NCBI GenBank assembly: GCA_964016885.1
Contig: OZ024746.1
Location: forward strand, 74,028,001-74,092,000
Reading direction: 5' to 3'
From: Eledone cirrhosa
Taxonomy: Eukaryota
DNA length: 64,000 bases
Both the position numbers and the translations under genes were made by a program. Within the stretch, counting starts at the first letter, position 1; each line of letters starts with the position of its first letter. The notes under the pieces are model-generated. The model had not been told where the DNA came from and searched no databases. It was given only the letters and a program-made list of their open reading frames with translations. Positions 1 through 16,503 of this stretch are shown piece after piece.

Positions 1-23
1 TATATATATATATATATACGTAT

Positions 24-90
<67 letters not shown>
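1..90. repeat. (TA)n microsatellite
   Basis: Direct inspection. Confidence 0.95.
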
Positions 91-92
<2 letters not shown>

Positions 93-1217
93 TTTCTTAC
101 TTACAAGCTTACTATCTAATTGAATGAGTGGGTAGTGACCGGAGCTCGCTTAAACAAATTCGATGACCTTCGTAAACTGTGTGTATATAAACTGTGTGTA
201 TATAGCCATGTTTATGAACAATAACGTATTGAAAGTATGCTACTGTTTAAAATTAATCAGCTAGCCAGGTTCTATTCACGAATCTGATTTACTTGGCCAA
301 TAATATATTTGGGAAAGAAACGAGATCCGTCTATGAGTTTGATACTGAAGTATCATTACCAAAAACATTACCATCTTACTTACTAATTAACTATTGCATA
401 CATTCTGAATGATAGCTTGCATTTTCTTGACAAGAATCGGAGTTACGAACAGACGATTATGTGAACAGATAAATACATAACTATACACTTTCAGGTAGAA
501 ATATAGCTGCTATTTCTGAAAGTGTGGGTGACCTCGTACATGCTTTCTTATTGGTCCGTATCCTATTACGTTTTTAATATAAGAGGGCCTATAATGATGG
601 GAAGACATAAATCATAGATATATTATTTCAGAGTTCGACACTGACTAGTAAAGTTCAATTAGCTGCATCCTATGGCTTGGTTATGGACATTGCTAAGAGA
701 AGTCCACCTCAGGGAACTTGGCAGTAATTCTGACAACAAATGTTTGTTCGTTATATCTGTTTTATTTTCCCATAAACTTTACATATATATGGTTTCACCC
801 TATAGGTTTTCAAGTTTTTCTTTAATGTTTGTTACCCTACGATAAAATCGTTTCATTCTTATGAAATGAAGTCTACAACATGTGGTTTGCCACCGTCGTC
901 AGTAAGAAATGGGGATAGTTTTTCGCTTAGATTTCACTTTAAATACGCAACTATAAATAGAAAATATATGAAAATTCCCATTCTTTGCACATGTGTTGTC
1001 GGTGTAGTATATATATTTTTTATCTTTCCCAGCATTTCCCAAATTTAATTGCTTTATCAGCAGAGCTCACACATTTTACTCCTAATTTTTGTCTCATGAA
1101 CATTCTACATATTGTCTCAGGAATCTTTTTTAATGCGATCTTCTATTGCACTATCGAGCGCTGCAGGTCTATGTGCCCTGAGTACATGTCGTAGTTTATT
1201 ATTTTATATTTTCTACG

Positions 1218-1399
1218 GTGGATTGGCAGTATCGGTAGAGGGTCGGACGCCATGCTTTGATGCATAGAGTTACGGCCCTTGCTATTCTGAGTTCAAATCC
1301 CGCCGAGGTTAACTTTGCCTTTCATCCTTACGGGGTCGATAAAATAAAGTACCAGTAATGTACTGGGTAATTTCTGGCCTTGTGCCAATAGTAGAAACA
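1218..1399 (+). mobile_element. tRNA-derived SINE (family 1) with 20-bp target-site duplication
   Basis: A-box-like TGGCAGTATCGG, B-box-like GAGTTCAAATCC, then GCCGAGGTTAACTTTGCCTTTCATCCTTACGGGGTCGATAAAATAAAGTACCAG. Closely similar to 22106-22287. Flanked by the direct repeat ATTATTTTATATTTTCTACG at 1198-1217 and 1400-1419. Confidence 0.9.
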
Positions 1400-2099
1400 A
1401 TTATTTTATATTTTCTACGATCATCAAAGTAATCTGCATAATTCAGTACTTGGGAGAGTTATATTCTGTCTGCCGTGAATTTTCGTCCTAGAATGTTGGT
1501 TATATATGTCATAGGAATATATCAGTTACTAATTAGTCCCAAAACATCTATCATTAGAGTAATTTTCTAGGTTTAGTTCACATACTATGGTTATCACGGT
1601 TTCAAAGTCTTTATTTTGGGATATTTCCTCTATTTCTTCGAAAGAAACATTTCGCATCGATTGGGAGGCATTTCGTTTCCAGGTGAACGTTTGGCAGCAA
1701 TATCTGGTAAATTGCTCCTAATCTTACTGCTTTCGTATACTCGCATGTCTCAAAATTTAATCACTTTGTCATTTTGGTGTATATTTACACCACTTCGTTT
1801 CTTATGTTAGTTAATAATGCTGGCTTAACTAACCAAATATAGAGGCACCATACCCGTAGTACTTTTGTTGGATGAAAACTGAAAAGCATGAGGTAATGTA
1901 GTTGTGTCTCCTCCAATGCCTTGTATCGTGCAGTTATTTGATGTTTGATTTTTTACAAGCTTTTGGAAGTTTCTGGTGAGAATTCTTTCATTCTTTGTCA
2001 CAATCAATGTTTCTTCAGGGTCAGCATTGATTGCTGCAATTCTCACTCACTATGGCGATTCATTGTTTCCCTGTTTTCACTCTGCTTAGATGTATATAG

Positions 2100-4060
2100 G
2101 TAATCGCCACCAATTTCTTCCCATCAATTTAGCATAATTTTTACATTAGGTGGTACCGTTTTCCCAATTTCTGTTGTTACATTGTACTTCTCCTCATACT
2201 GTTTACCATATCAATCTCTGATTTATACGAGGTTTCGTGGCTTATGTGAAGTCAGAATTCAGTTTTTCTGTTTGTGTTTTGTACATTATTGTTTACAAGA
2301 TACTTTTGTAGTTATAAGATAGGGACTTTATAATAAAGGTCTACTTGTATAAAGCCCCTATCTCTCTATATCTATTGTTAGATGTTGCAGACATTATGTT
2401 TTATAGTATTCCGCCTAGCCTTTCTAATTTGTTTAGTGCCAAATTGTGAATATTGTAGCTATAATTTCTTACTAGAAAACCAAGAGTATATATGTGTATT
2501 GCTTTATTTCTACTTTCAGTCCTGTTTTAAGTAATAATCTAATGTGTCAAAATATTCATTCACAAACTTTATTTATGTATTTTGTGTTTTGTCCTATTCA
2601 TTCCTTGCAATGGGTGTAATTCTCTTCACTTTGTTTACTTTAATAGCATGCCGTTAGTGTTTTTAGTTAATTTTACTCACTTCCGAGTTGGCTGTCACAT
2701 TTATCTATCCCTAATCTTATATTACTTACTCTAGAAAATCCGTGTAATGTTTGCAGCAGCGTCCTTAGTTGTTTATTATTTGCAGCATACAATTTACCAG
2801 CATCAATATTGAAAAACATAGATGCTTGCTTCCCACAGCATTTTAATGTTAGGCTATTATTGTTTTACATACAAATTAACTGTGTTTGTGCTAAGCAGAA
2901 CTCATGTTTAATGGAAATAGAGGTAGCTTTTATAATTCCTTTGATTTCTGTATACAGAATTCTTTTTGATTTATTCATGGCATGTTTAAGTATTATTGAT
3001 ACTACATTACTGACGGCTAATGTTCTAGAATCTACTTCCATATATCTCTGTTAACAGGCTTTAGGTATTCACACCATGTTAAGTCTCGATGAGAATCATG
3101 AGTATACAGAATCACATTCTTTGGTCATCAATTATTGATCATTACAGTCATCTGAGCCTTTGCAGCATCGCTTGTGCCCTTCTGGAAACATGTTTGTCTT
3201 TTTCCAGATGTTTTTTCTTTTCTGATATATTGCTACAGTTAAGTCTTTGTAAGATGTAGGGTGGTAGCTTATGAGTTTGCAGTGTTTTGCGTTTGCTGTT
3301 TTGGGTGCCTTCTAATCATATTGCATTGAATCTAGGGTATGACCTTTTAGGTTTGTTCCGATGCTGTCCTTATTTCGAGCAATCTCTATCTTTGTGATTG
3401 TTTCCTTGCTCATAACCATCAGAAGAATTCTTCTTTTCTCTTTTCCTGTTAGTGCTACATTTATCTATTTTCTAACAGATATCTGATAAAAATTTTCTGG
3501 GTTTGGAGCGGACCTGCTTCAGTTTTTCGGAGAATCGTAGTCGCTTATCATACCGTGATTAACGAGGATCATTTGCTTCAAGTGTTTTGTTAATTTCGAA
3601 TACTTTTTTGATAGCATATTTCTGTTGTATTTTCTCCCATTCAGTTTACAGTTCTGTCAATTCGTTATTGATCTCGTCGTAATGGGTGATCCATTCTTAA
3701 ATATTCTATATTTATGTATCAGTATATCCATTGTCCATGTGATTTGCTTGGTTGATACATATGAACAATTCTAAGGTGGTGCTCGCATTACTTTGTGAAT
3801 ACAGTAGCTTTTATATATTGTTCCCTTTAAGCTGGTAGTATTTATATTGTGTTTCTTTTCATCACGTCTGTAATAACTAGGACACGTATTTCATTGTTGC
3901 TGCTATGTAATCGTTGGGGGTTATTGGGAGATAGCTTCGTTAGATAAAAACAAATCTACTGTTTTAAATTCTTGAATTATTTCCAACTTCGGATTTTCAT
4001 CTTCCTATTCTTTTTATATTGGTTTTTAAAACAATTTCTGTTAAGTTGTTTATTACAATA
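2100..4060 (-). pseudogene. Decayed R4/Dong-type non-LTR retrotransposon RT region
   Basis: Minus-strand translation gives NMFPEGHKRCCKGSDDCNDQ*LMTK (~3195-3120), resembling the EQKGCRKGSRGCKDQLLIDK motif, and FNIDAGKLYAANNKQLRTLLQTLHGFSRVSNIRLGIDKC (~2815-2698), resembling FMDDLKLYAK...GMEFGLDKC. Many stops and frameshifts; boundaries approximate. Confidence 0.65.
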
Positions 4061-4111
4061 TTCGCAACAGATTATATATGAGTATATATGCAGCATTTAA
4101 TTATCCCTCCC

Positions 4112-4352
<241 letters not shown>

Positions 4353-4551
4353 AATAGGTATTAGTCGAAGTTTTATCTGTAGTACAGCAAGTACTGTACG
4401 AATTTTTGAAGCCACCACAAAGCACTCAATGGAGCGAAAGTTAAAAACATCAGATCCAGAGTAAACACGACAGTTATAAAGAGTGACACCAAGAAAACCG
4501 ACCGAAGTCTCTAGCATACATATAACACAACGACGATAGATTCAGAGATGT

Positions 4552-4675
<124 letters not shown>

Positions 4676-5188
4676 CCAGTGATACAATGGGATTGATTCA
4701 ATCAACTATAGCTGGAACCTGTAAACTAGCATGTCATGTGTTAATGTTAGAAGTCATTAATATCAGCTGTATCATATCCATTTCTAGAATGTTTGACAGA
4801 TTTATAAATGTATCGATTACATGTAGAGATTTTGTTTTATTTCTTTAAATGGTTTTATTTTTCATTGTTTATTTTCACAAAGTTAACTTTAAATTTCAGG
4901 AAAACAATGATAAACCAAATGTTTTCCATATGAGAAGTATCTAAAGTAACTGCGAAAGAAATTATTTCCACCAACTGTAAAGATATTAGAATCAACTGTG
5001 AGAGAAATGATATACTTGCTTCGCAAAGATATTGATGTCAGTTGTTGATAAGCTAGATAACAAAGCTAAAGTTACTAGTGATATTTTGATAAAATACTCA
5101 GTCATTAAAATCATTTCTTGTTAGGATAGAAGATTTTTCAATGTTCTGTTATTTATAGCTGCGACATATTGTATTTCGTGAACCGTTT

Positions 5189-5204
5189 ATGATGATGATG
5201 ATAC

Positions 5205-5244
<40 letters not shown>

Positions 5245-5261
5245 GATCATGATGACGATGG

Positions 5262-5331
<70 letters not shown>

Positions 5332-5386
5332 GATGACGATGATGATGATGAAGATGATGACGACGACGGTGATGATGATGATGATG
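5189..5386. repeat. (ATG)n trinucleotide microsatellite
   Basis: Direct inspection; explains the poly-M/H/I ORFs. Confidence 0.95.
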
Positions 5387-7415
5387 AGGAGAAATAGGTA
5401 GGTCATTAGAGAGGAAAAGAATGAAAACAGCAAAACAACAACAATAACCCCGGCAGCCACAACAAGATACCACGACGACCACCACCACCACCACCACTAC
5501 CATTTTCCGATTCTACATTGCCTTTTTAGCAACTTCTTTTCCATAGCACCAGGAATGTTGCCCTGGGATCCTGAGCTGGGGGACTCGGTCTGCTTAACAT
5601 TTTCCTGCACCACAATCCCCAGTCTGCAATTATTGGTGTCTCCATATATTGAAATGGCTAAAAGGGTATCTTTCCATGTACCTGGAGAGTTTAGGGATTT
5701 TGCTGTTTTTAATGGGACACCGTCCGTAGGCTGTGGCTTAGGAACTTCTGAAGAATGTAACTTTGCTCAAAATATCCTAAATGAGGCAGATCGCCACACC
5801 ACAGTGATATTTGTGTCTCTAACACTAGGGGCCACCTGACCAGGTTATTGGGCCCTCCTGTCAGGGCTATTTAACTCATAGCTAGAGTACCTGGAGTGGA
5901 TGGCCTTTGACTCTATATAACAATAACAATAAACAAAGCCGCTAACTTAAAATGTATTGCATCAATATGAAATTTGAAATCTATACGTCGCAACGCGAAT
6001 GACCATAATAGGCGATCACATTGAATAACTGTTGTGACATATCATATACTGCATTATTGTTTTAAATTTAATTTGAATAGATTTAAGAAGCAGTTAAGCA
6101 GATTCATTAAGGAAGTGAATTATTTGGAAGAAGAAAATACGATCTGTCTAATTTCGAAACTTTTAAGATTTTGTTTGCTTCTATAAATGTTTTTGTGGGA
6201 GGTAACCAAATTGGGTCTGATTGTGGAAACCTATGGTCAGTGGTATACAGACGTGATCCTCACATATTTGTGCGTGTACTCAAACTATAATATCCAGTGA
6301 ATTATCCCTTTTGTAAGAGAGTAAAACATAATTTTGTGAAGATATAATTGCTAGATGCAATACGTCAAGAGACAACGTAGAGGGTACCTCAGTAACTCAT
6401 TAAGAATATAGTAAATAGTAAAACAATATTCGAGATGAGAGATGAAGCATTGTTTCGATTTTCATCTCGTAACTTAACTGGCTTAATATGTAGAAAGTTG
6501 AATGAAGATCTTAGCGGAAGAAACTAGTTAAGTTCTTAGATTAATAGTGGTCCCATATATATAAATTGACAATGGAGTTACGTAACTTATCGGTTGGAAT
6601 GATGGGCTTACGATCATAATAAAGCCGTAGGCTCGAATTCGTACCGAACGGTGCTTTGGGTTTGTAATTAAAGCTCTTCTGTCCTAGTCGATAGAACTGA
6701 AACAACATGAGTAGCATGGTCCAGTCAACTGTGGAGTTATCTCAATCGTTTACCGCCTCATTAAAAATTATAAGTTCCTGAATTATAAATCTCAAAGCTC
6801 GGGACAGACTTTAACTAGGTATGACATATAGATAAAATCAAAAACAAAACGTATTTCTTTATTGAGGAAATGAAGTCAATAATAGCAACAATGAAATGAA
6901 TAGTATTTGTATACAATAGCAGACATTTACAAAATTTGGTGGATAATTTGATCAGTATGTATTTTATAGATTCCAGAAATATTGAAAATGATAATTGGCC
7001 ACGTCCGAAATTGAACTCAGAACATGACATAACTAAACACATCAAAATATTTAGTCCGGCATACAGTCCAAATACGTCCGCTCTTTTGTCCGTTAAAATA
7101 GCAATAATGGCGATGAAATCACTCGTATTATTATAGATATATCAATAATATAATAAAAATACAAATAATGACGGCGATAATTAATGTCATAATGATAGCA
7201 CATTTTATGTATCGAACACAATCTCTATGATCAGACAAAAAAAATTACGTGTGTGTGTGGGAAGAAATATACTTAAATGCTTCAATTCATGGCATAATTT
7301 AACGTTTTCTGCTAACAGTTAATGTCTGGCTTTCTGATTCTGCATCTATCCATCTCTTTATATATATATATACACACGCACACACACATACACACGCACA
7401 CATACAGACACACAG

Positions 7416-7479
<64 letters not shown>

Positions 7480-7491
7480 TATGTATGTATG

Positions 7492-7532
<41 letters not shown>

Positions 7533-7535
<3 letters not shown>

Positions 7536-7693
7536 AACAAGTAGGACCCCGACGGCTGAGCTCAAGCCGTTTCGACGGCTAATTCTGGACTAAATTTAGT
7601 CCTACATGTTCCTATTACCCACTCTACTACCCTAAGTATTGAGTACTTTGGTGCGTTATGGTCTATCTGGTTCCTTACCACATTTCCTTCGTT
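7533..7693. mobile_element. TA-embedded small fold-back insert with HHR 3' half
   Basis: Lies between TA tracts. AGGAACAAGTAGGAC is inverted relative to GTCCTACATGTTCCT. Minus strand reads GAAAC-GGCT-TGAGCTC-AGCC-GTC (stable helix III plus GUC); no CUGANGA found. Confidence 0.6.
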
Positions 7694-7715
7694 ATATATA
7701 TATATATATTATTAT

Positions 7716-7798
<83 letters not shown>

Positions 7799-8140
7799 CT
7801 ATAAGCGGTATACTTTGGTAATTGATATGTCAATTGACTCATTTTTCATATGTTAAAGTGTTGTAGCTTCGATGTGTGGGTGGGTGTATATGTGAGTGTG
7901 TTTATGTGTGTGTATATCTGTGTGTGTGGGTGGGGGTGGGGGCGTGTAGGGATGAGAGTTTGTGAGACAATCGCTGGAGTCTGACAACAAAAGTCAGCTT
8001 CTTTTGTTAAAGGTGTTATCTCTCAGCCTGTCTGACTGTTGCTCTCAGTATATATACATATATATGCCGTTCGCCCATTCTCTCGTACACTCTCTATCTA
8101 CACATCTCTTTCTACCCCCCCCCCCCTCTCTCTCTCTCTC

Positions 8141-8193
<53 letters not shown>

Positions 8194-8275
8194 GTTTGTT
8201 AAAGAAGCTGAGTATTACATACTCTGTGTGTAAAACCACATGCTATATGCCGTACTCCTCCTCCTCCTCCTCCTA

Positions 8276-8287
8276 ATACTACTACTC

Positions 8288-8358
<71 letters not shown>

Positions 8359-8372
8359 GATAATAATAATAA
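8276..8372. repeat. (TAC)n/(TAA)n microsatellite
   Basis: Direct inspection. Confidence 0.9.
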
Positions 8373-9677
8373 CAAAAGAAGAAGAAGGGTGAAGATGTGT
8401 GTGGTTTTATTTTTTCTACAGATTTTTTTTGCCAGATGGAATCTGCACCAAGATATTGGTACTTATTTTATCAACTCCATTAAAAAAAAAAAAAAAAATT
8501 GACACCAGTGGGACTTAAAGGAGCCTAGATAAATATTTAAAAGTGAAGGGTAAAAAGATAAAGATAAGGGAACTTTAAGAAAACAAACAAATAATCCTCC
8601 ATACATAACAAGACAATTATAGATACAACATAACAGAAGTTAAATTTGTTTATTATAGAAATATAAGCATTGTTTTTTTATTCTTAAATTGCTGCGCAAC
8701 CTATCGTCCGCCGTAGATACATGATGACGTTAAGAAATATGAAAGATAGCAGTATGAAAAATCAGAAACAAAACAAGCAGAAATAAAACGAAACGAAACA
8801 AAAGATATGAATAAGTAAAGAATAACTTAAGAATTATATATAAATACGTAATCACGTAAAAAGATAAAGGTAGATACCAAATAATGTAAAAAAAAGTGCT
8901 GAAAAATTCCAGGATAAAATGAAATATAAATAGATACACCGGAACATAAAATATGCGGATGAATACAAAAATAACGTAAGAATGTGAATAGCTATTAACA
9001 ACGTAGAAAGATGTGGAGATTTCTACAAAAATGTAAACCTGAATGAATGAACTAATTCATGTATAACACATGTAAAACAGTTGAAAATACAAAATATGCG
9101 AAGTAATGATTTAGAATGAAACCCATTTATGTTATTTTTTCATGAAAAGCAATTTTGGATTGAGAAAATATATATTTCAAACAATGCGAAAGTGAACAAT
9201 GACTGTAGATAATGGACAAATCAGGACCTAAAAAAAGGTAGCAAGGAGACGTGATTTTGGAAACTGAGGATCAATTTTTTCTGCCCCATCTTTAGTTCCT
9301 TTTGATATATTCGGCAACGAGAGGTTTCCATTCCGCATGCCTGCTCCACAGCCATGAATCGTCTCGTCGTTTCTGAGGCAATTTTGTTTAATGGAGATAA
9401 GGTTGATAACTTTGCACTCTACCCTTCTCTTGTGAAAATATGCTAAAAAATAACTTAGCACTACAGTTTGAGGTCCGTAATCTGGATAGGGTCCCATTTC
9501 AGGTACTATCAGCCGGAGACAGCCGAGCCTGAGACACAAATCACTTCACTATATTTTCTAATGAACATTAGATAAAGAAATGTCTAGTATTGAAATGACG
9601 GTTATTTAAATCGTTGAACTTTTCTATCAAAGACAGAGTGGATAATGGTACGTCCAGTTTTGAAATAATGTAATAAT

Positions 9678-9724
9678 TGTTTCTACTATTGGCACAAGGC
9701 CAGCAATTACCCAGTACATTACTG
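9678..9724 (-). mobile_element. 5'-truncated SINE family 1 (3' ~47 bp) with 16-bp TSD
   Basis: Reverse complement of the SINE 3' end (CAGTAATGTACTGGGTAATTGCTGGCCTTGTGCCAATAGTAGAAACA). Flanked by GAAATAATGTAATAAT at 9662-9677 and 9725-9740. Confidence 0.85.
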
Positions 9725-9840
9725 GAAATAATGTAATAATGTTATAAGTAGAGAAGTATAAGTACTGTAAACTATACAGAATATATTAATAGGCAATATA
9801 ATTTTAAATTAGGAGTCTCATTGATGTATTGTGGATTTAT

Positions 9841-9901
<61 letters not shown>

Positions 9902-9914
9902 GAGAGAGAGAGAG

Positions 9915-9953
<39 letters not shown>

Positions 9954-9970
9954 AAGAGATAGAGAGAGAG

Positions 9971-10034
<64 letters not shown>

Positions 10035-11824
10035 AGTAGTATATTGTCAACGTAAAACAGAGAATACATTTAACATAATTAATTTAATGAACTCAGAAGA
10101 ATGAAACACAGAGCCGAATTGAAATACAAGGCCTAACATTAAAACGTATGTAATCAAAATACAACAAAAAATTTACTCCAGCCAACCATCGTTTCTATCA
10201 GGAACCGTCCTGCTATAATATATAATTTACTGATCTAACAACGCAGCGTCTATTTGTTGGTTTAAACTACTAATTGTACCAGCCGATCCACTTAAATCCC
10301 ATCTCACCGCAATGTCATTCGTAATATACAAAAAGACTGGACGAGCCCGGCTGGAACGCATAGATCTGACAAATCATAGATCTGACAAATTAGAATGGAA
10401 TTGGGTTAAATAATAACAATAACAATACGAAGTGTTCAATGTTTCATCTTTTAATGTTTCATAAAACCTGAAAAATGTTGTGTTGAAAACAGTAGAAATA
10501 CGACTATTTTCCAGGCTGCCTTCTCCAGTATGGTATACCGTATTTTTGCAGATGATAGATTGCAATTTGCGGGCGATTTCGTTCCCTTGTTGTTTACCAA
10601 GGACAATTTGTTATTGGAAATTTACTATACTTCATCCTATTACTAGAGTTATGTTACATGTCCTCTCTAGATTTTGGTCTTTGTATTTATTATTACTACA
10701 ACAACTACTACACACACACACACACATATATATATATATTGGAACCGCTATATATCAAGAGAGAAAAATATTCTTCCATTTTGCGGCTACCTTAATATTT
10801 GAAACTTAAACATACACAGAATAAAATTTAGACAACATCAGGAATCTCTGTTACATCTGTACTGACTACACCACCAATGCGACTACTGCAGACAAGTGAA
10901 AGATAGTGTTTATTGAAATATGTTTCCTGAAATCTGCCGTTTTGTTTTGCACTGGAAGTTAGAGTGCAGAAATTCATATCTACAATGAGTGAATAAATAG
11001 AAATATAACTGAAAAGTTAACGTAATAATTGTTGCCAGATAGACTGGATAGGTGCAGAACATATGACGGGCGGTTAGTTGGTGTGACACAACAGTGAAAT
11101 TCCTTGCAATAAAGAGCCATAAGTATAGAAAAACGAATAGGAATGAAGCAGAGACGATTAGGCGGCTTGGAAAAGATCTGTAAGATTAAAACCTCTTTTT
11201 TTTCTTTCTGATATCGCTTAAGCAATCCAGCCACCATAAAGAGTGACGAGATAACAGCGATATAGTCAGGGCTGGTAATTTGAAACAAGCCACGGATGCT
11301 GATGGCGGCTAAGTTGTAGTAGTGTAATAATGGCGGCGATGGTTGTGGGTGTGATGGTAGTAAGCGAAGGAGCTCGTTTAGGTTGTTGCTCTCTTTTAAT
11401 CTTGGTTATAGAGGGGGCGAGGGAACATTATCTAAAATTGCAAGGGCCACCATTTTCTGTTTGATAATCCGTGTTGACCTTAATCAGGTAAAAATGGTTA
11501 TAAAATATAATAATCATTATGTCTACTCAGTTTTAGATGAGGAGGGTATGGCAGGTAAGATAATAGACGGTATTTTAATAGATAGCATTCAGCTGCTTGA
11601 AATGTAAACCGTCAGATATGATTACTGTGTAATAATACTGCACAGCTGAAGTGAGTTGCTTTCAGTTGAAACGAAGTACAAAATATATACATTTATAAAT
11701 ACATTTGTATACATTAATCTACGGGCACACAGGAAAGCACCTACATATACAAACATATGCATACACACACAAAGAAAGACATATATGTATATGCGTCTGT
11801 CTTGTATATATATATGTGTGTGTT

Positions 11825-12158
<334 letters not shown>

Positions 12159-12567
12159 TTACATACACATATATACATATATATACTTATACATACACGC
12201 GCATACATATATGTGTTTACAAATACACATATTCATAGAAAACTTGTGTAACTCATCGCTGTTTTAGACACACGCAGATACACACAACACACACAGATAG
12301 ACACAACACAAACAGGTACACACAACACACACACGCACAGGCACACACACATACACGCACACACACACAGACACATATATATATATGAATTTGTTCATGT
12401 TATGAGTACGTGGGCACGTTTGTGTGCGCGTATATACAAACTTCGTGCCCTATCATTATTATAAAGATAACTGATGACTTCTCTTATTCAAAGAAATGAC
12501 AAAAACCAAATGTTGAATTCATTATGTTCAAGTGTTTTTTGAATGCATGTACTTATATATTTAAGTA

Positions 12568-12863
12568 CGTATGTATGTATGTATGTATGTATGTATGTAT
12601 GTATGTATGTATGTATGTATGTATGTATGTATGTATGTATGTATGTATGTATGTTTGTATGTATGTGTGTATGTGTGTATGTGTGTATGTATGTATGTGT
12701 GTATGTGTGTATGTATGTATGTATGTATGTATGTGTGTATGTATGTATGTATGTATGTATGTATGTATGTATGTATGTATGTATGTATGTATGTTTGTAT
12801 GTATGTATGTATGTGTGTATGTGTGTATGTATGTATGTATGTATGTGTGTATGTATGTATGTA
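12568..12863. repeat. (TATG)n tetranucleotide array
   Basis: Direct inspection. Confidence 0.95.
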
Positions 12864-15277
12864 TCCATTATGTATAAATATATAGTTTTCTCTCTCTCTA
12901 TCTATAACTCGCCTTCTCCCTCCTTGTCCGTGCGTTCCTATTCATGGGATAGGAAGATATTTGAGAAGCGTAGTCCCATATATGTCTTATAAATTTCTCT
13001 GTTCAAATCCTTGTGTCATAGTATCCTTAACATAACATTCTCCCCTTCTTTCTCTTGAAGTGTTTGCCAACAGGTTTTATCGTAATCGCAACTACCCAAC
13101 GCGCAAGCCTCAACACATTTGCTCAACTTACTATTTACATGAGCCAATAATTTAATATTGTAGACATGCATACACTGTACGTCTTTATTGCGTTTATACA
13201 TCGGTCTACTGAATCAAGGCCAATCTGAAGTTAAACAAAGACAACCATCATCTAAACAAGATGCATCTAGGATCAAAGATGTTCCACCCATGAATATCCC
13301 ATCCCGTCTTTTAGACAGAAACAGTTGATCTCGGGCTAAACAACACAACGCGCTATTCCGTATTAAGTGACTAGTAATTAATTTGAAGGATATTTGTTTT
13401 GTATATCTAGTCGTAGAGATTCCCTCATTGGCTTATCTCAAAGCTGGATATATTAGTTGTCTTTAACTACTAGTCAAACAAGATCAAATAGACCTATGGT
13501 CTAAGCTGATCCAGAAGTAACCAACTCGCATCTTATTCAGATCCCTCCATTTTAAGAACGGTGCGATGTTATTTGAGGGAAATCTAGCTGCTATTTCTAA
13601 CTGTCAGAGTGACTTCACTGATTTCTTTGCGTGCTTCTTTCAAAACCTATTGCCTGGCACCGTGCTAACTGAACATCCCTAAACTCCATATGGTGACGAG
13701 TGACACTAATGCATCAGCTGTTACAAGTTAAACTTGATGAATAAAAAAACAACTATAATACGGGAGGAGGCAACTGGGATTAATCACTTGACCTGATAGG
13801 GGTATCCGTGACCTTCCGCATTATTTCGCTTCTTTCTCATTTTCAATTAAAATTATTGTGGCATATATAACCAATTTTCCTCTCAGTTGATCCATATAAA
13901 TTACATACAGACACACACATAAAATGCATAAACATATAGATACACACATATGGATGCACACTCATTATGGGTGCACTGTGAAGAAAGACATGACTAGAAT
14001 GTTTATGTTCGTATGTGAGCTTGATCTGAATTGTGTAGGAGTTAAGTAGCAACAAATTCACGAAGTGAATGCCAGTGTGCTGACGTTATAGGAAAAGAGT
14101 GTTGGGCAAACTGTTCATGAAAGAACCTAGAGTTGGACTAAAAAAGTGTTATGAGAGGAAGAGAAGTATGTAAATCAGGAGTACACGAGTGAAAGTGTCA
14201 TTCTGGTGGTCGAAAAGGCTGAGTAAAAGCCAGAACAGAAAATGTTTGAAATGTTAGTGAGCGTCGTTATGACAACCAAGCAAGTGTCCTTTTCGATGTG
14301 TTCTAGGCGATTTGTACATGTAGCTAAAGTACCTCCCTACCCGACTAAATATGGAAACATATTTCGTTGTGTGTCTTATTTCGTTTCTGTTGAGGGCTAC
14401 TATATGTAAAACATGTGTAATAGCAAGGAGACATCCTCAAAGATGCTGATGCCGATAACATATAGTGAATTAGTTGCTTGTTATTGGTGGCTGGGTAATA
14501 TTGCACCGATAAGAACTCTTAAATATTCACTATTGAATAAGAGACACAGCTAGATAATGCAGTGTAATTACTTGATATTCATAACTTTTCCAACACATAC
14601 ACAAGGGAACTGCCTTTAGGGGCTTGCTAATTTAAATATTACTTTCTTTTTAACTAAGTAAAACTCTCCTCTATCGGGGTGTTACGAAACTCATTCATTA
14701 AGCAGATTGGTTTCAGATAAGAATTGAAAACAGGATTTCTAATCCGGTTTTCTGTAACTTATTTTCATCTTAGATTGGAGGTCGCTATCATTCTACAACA
14801 ATTTCTTATTCACATGAAAACTATCTTCCAAAGCCTTTCAAATTTGGAAGTTTTCATGTTCGATAAAGATTCGTTGATTTTGTTGTCTTTAATATGGATG
14901 ATGAAATATGTTTCAGAAAAGAAAATCGTGACATCTGATATCCTAAACTTTAACAAGATATGCATACCATCCTGTTTCCTTCGCATATGTCTGTTTTTAG
15001 TCACGTACATAAACTATGTTATCCTGAAATCCTATAGAAAAACAACTGATTACAAACTGCCACAATGCCAGTGTCTACATGAACACATATACACACATAT
15101 ATACACACACGCAAACACACATAGATATAACACACTAATATATAGATATATAGGGAGAGAACGACCATTAAAACCTTACATACATTATCATATCTATTGC
15201 ACTCACTATATAGACACATACACATTTACCAAGCTGAAAACAACATGGGAAGCAAGCAGGAAGGAGAGAAAGAGAGA

Positions 15278-15345
<68 letters not shown>

Positions 15346-15463
15346 AGAAAGAGAGAGGGGAGAGATGTATGTGATAAAGCTAAAGTAAAATAATTAATAT
15401 GATGTTGAAAGGGAGAGTAAAGGCGATAAAAACGTGATATATATATATATATACACACATACA

Positions 15464-15516
<53 letters not shown>

Positions 15517-15517
15517 G

Positions 15518-15582
<65 letters not shown>

Positions 15583-16193
15583 GTTATATGTGAGAAAGAG
15601 AGAGAAAGTGTAGGTGTTGGTAAGTGAGAAGTTGGAAGATAGACAATAAGAAACAGAGAGACAGAGGAAAAAGAGAGAAAAGTGAAATGAGAAATGAACA
15701 ACATCTATATCAGCTAAAAAGAAAGAAAACAAAAATAAAAAAAAAACAAACGAACATAAGACAATAAATAAACGAAAGATACAAAAAACAACAGCATCAC
15801 CAATAATAAGAACAACATCACCACCAACAACAACAACAACATCAATAAGTACAATATTATAAGAACAAGAATAAAATAGCATAGCTGATAGATGGAGATA
15901 GAGACCAATGTTTGAAGGCGGTCAGACAGTATTTTGATAGAATCCAGATGTGAACCTAGTCGTGTATCTTATCTGGAATGAAGAATAAATAAAGCGCTAT
16001 ATGCGACTATCTCAGAGAAGCGATAACATAAGTTACGCCTTCAAGCTTAGATCTTAAATATTTCTTCTCAGATTGACAAAAATACTATAAACTAACAACA
16101 CGCAAATACGAAATAAAAATATGCATAACACACACTCACGTATACACACACGCGCGCGTAAATATATAAGCACTTACACACACACATATATAT

Positions 16194-16241
<48 letters not shown>

Positions 16242-16242
16242 G

Positions 16243-16355
<113 letters not shown>

Positions 16356-16403
16356 ATATATATGTGTGTGTGTGTAATTGCATACATATATATATTATAT
16401 ATA

Positions 16404-16503
<100 letters not shown>

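Noticed and set aside
1218-1310. tRNA gene
   Set aside because: A/B-box-like sequences are present but there is no cloverleaf; it is the head of a multicopy SINE with TSDs.
9228-11607. Moderately complex ORFs (9228-9539, 10980-11288, 11383-11607) and ATGGCGGC motifs as a host gene start
   Set aside because: No recognisable domain or consistent splice structure; this would need RNA-seq or homology evidence.
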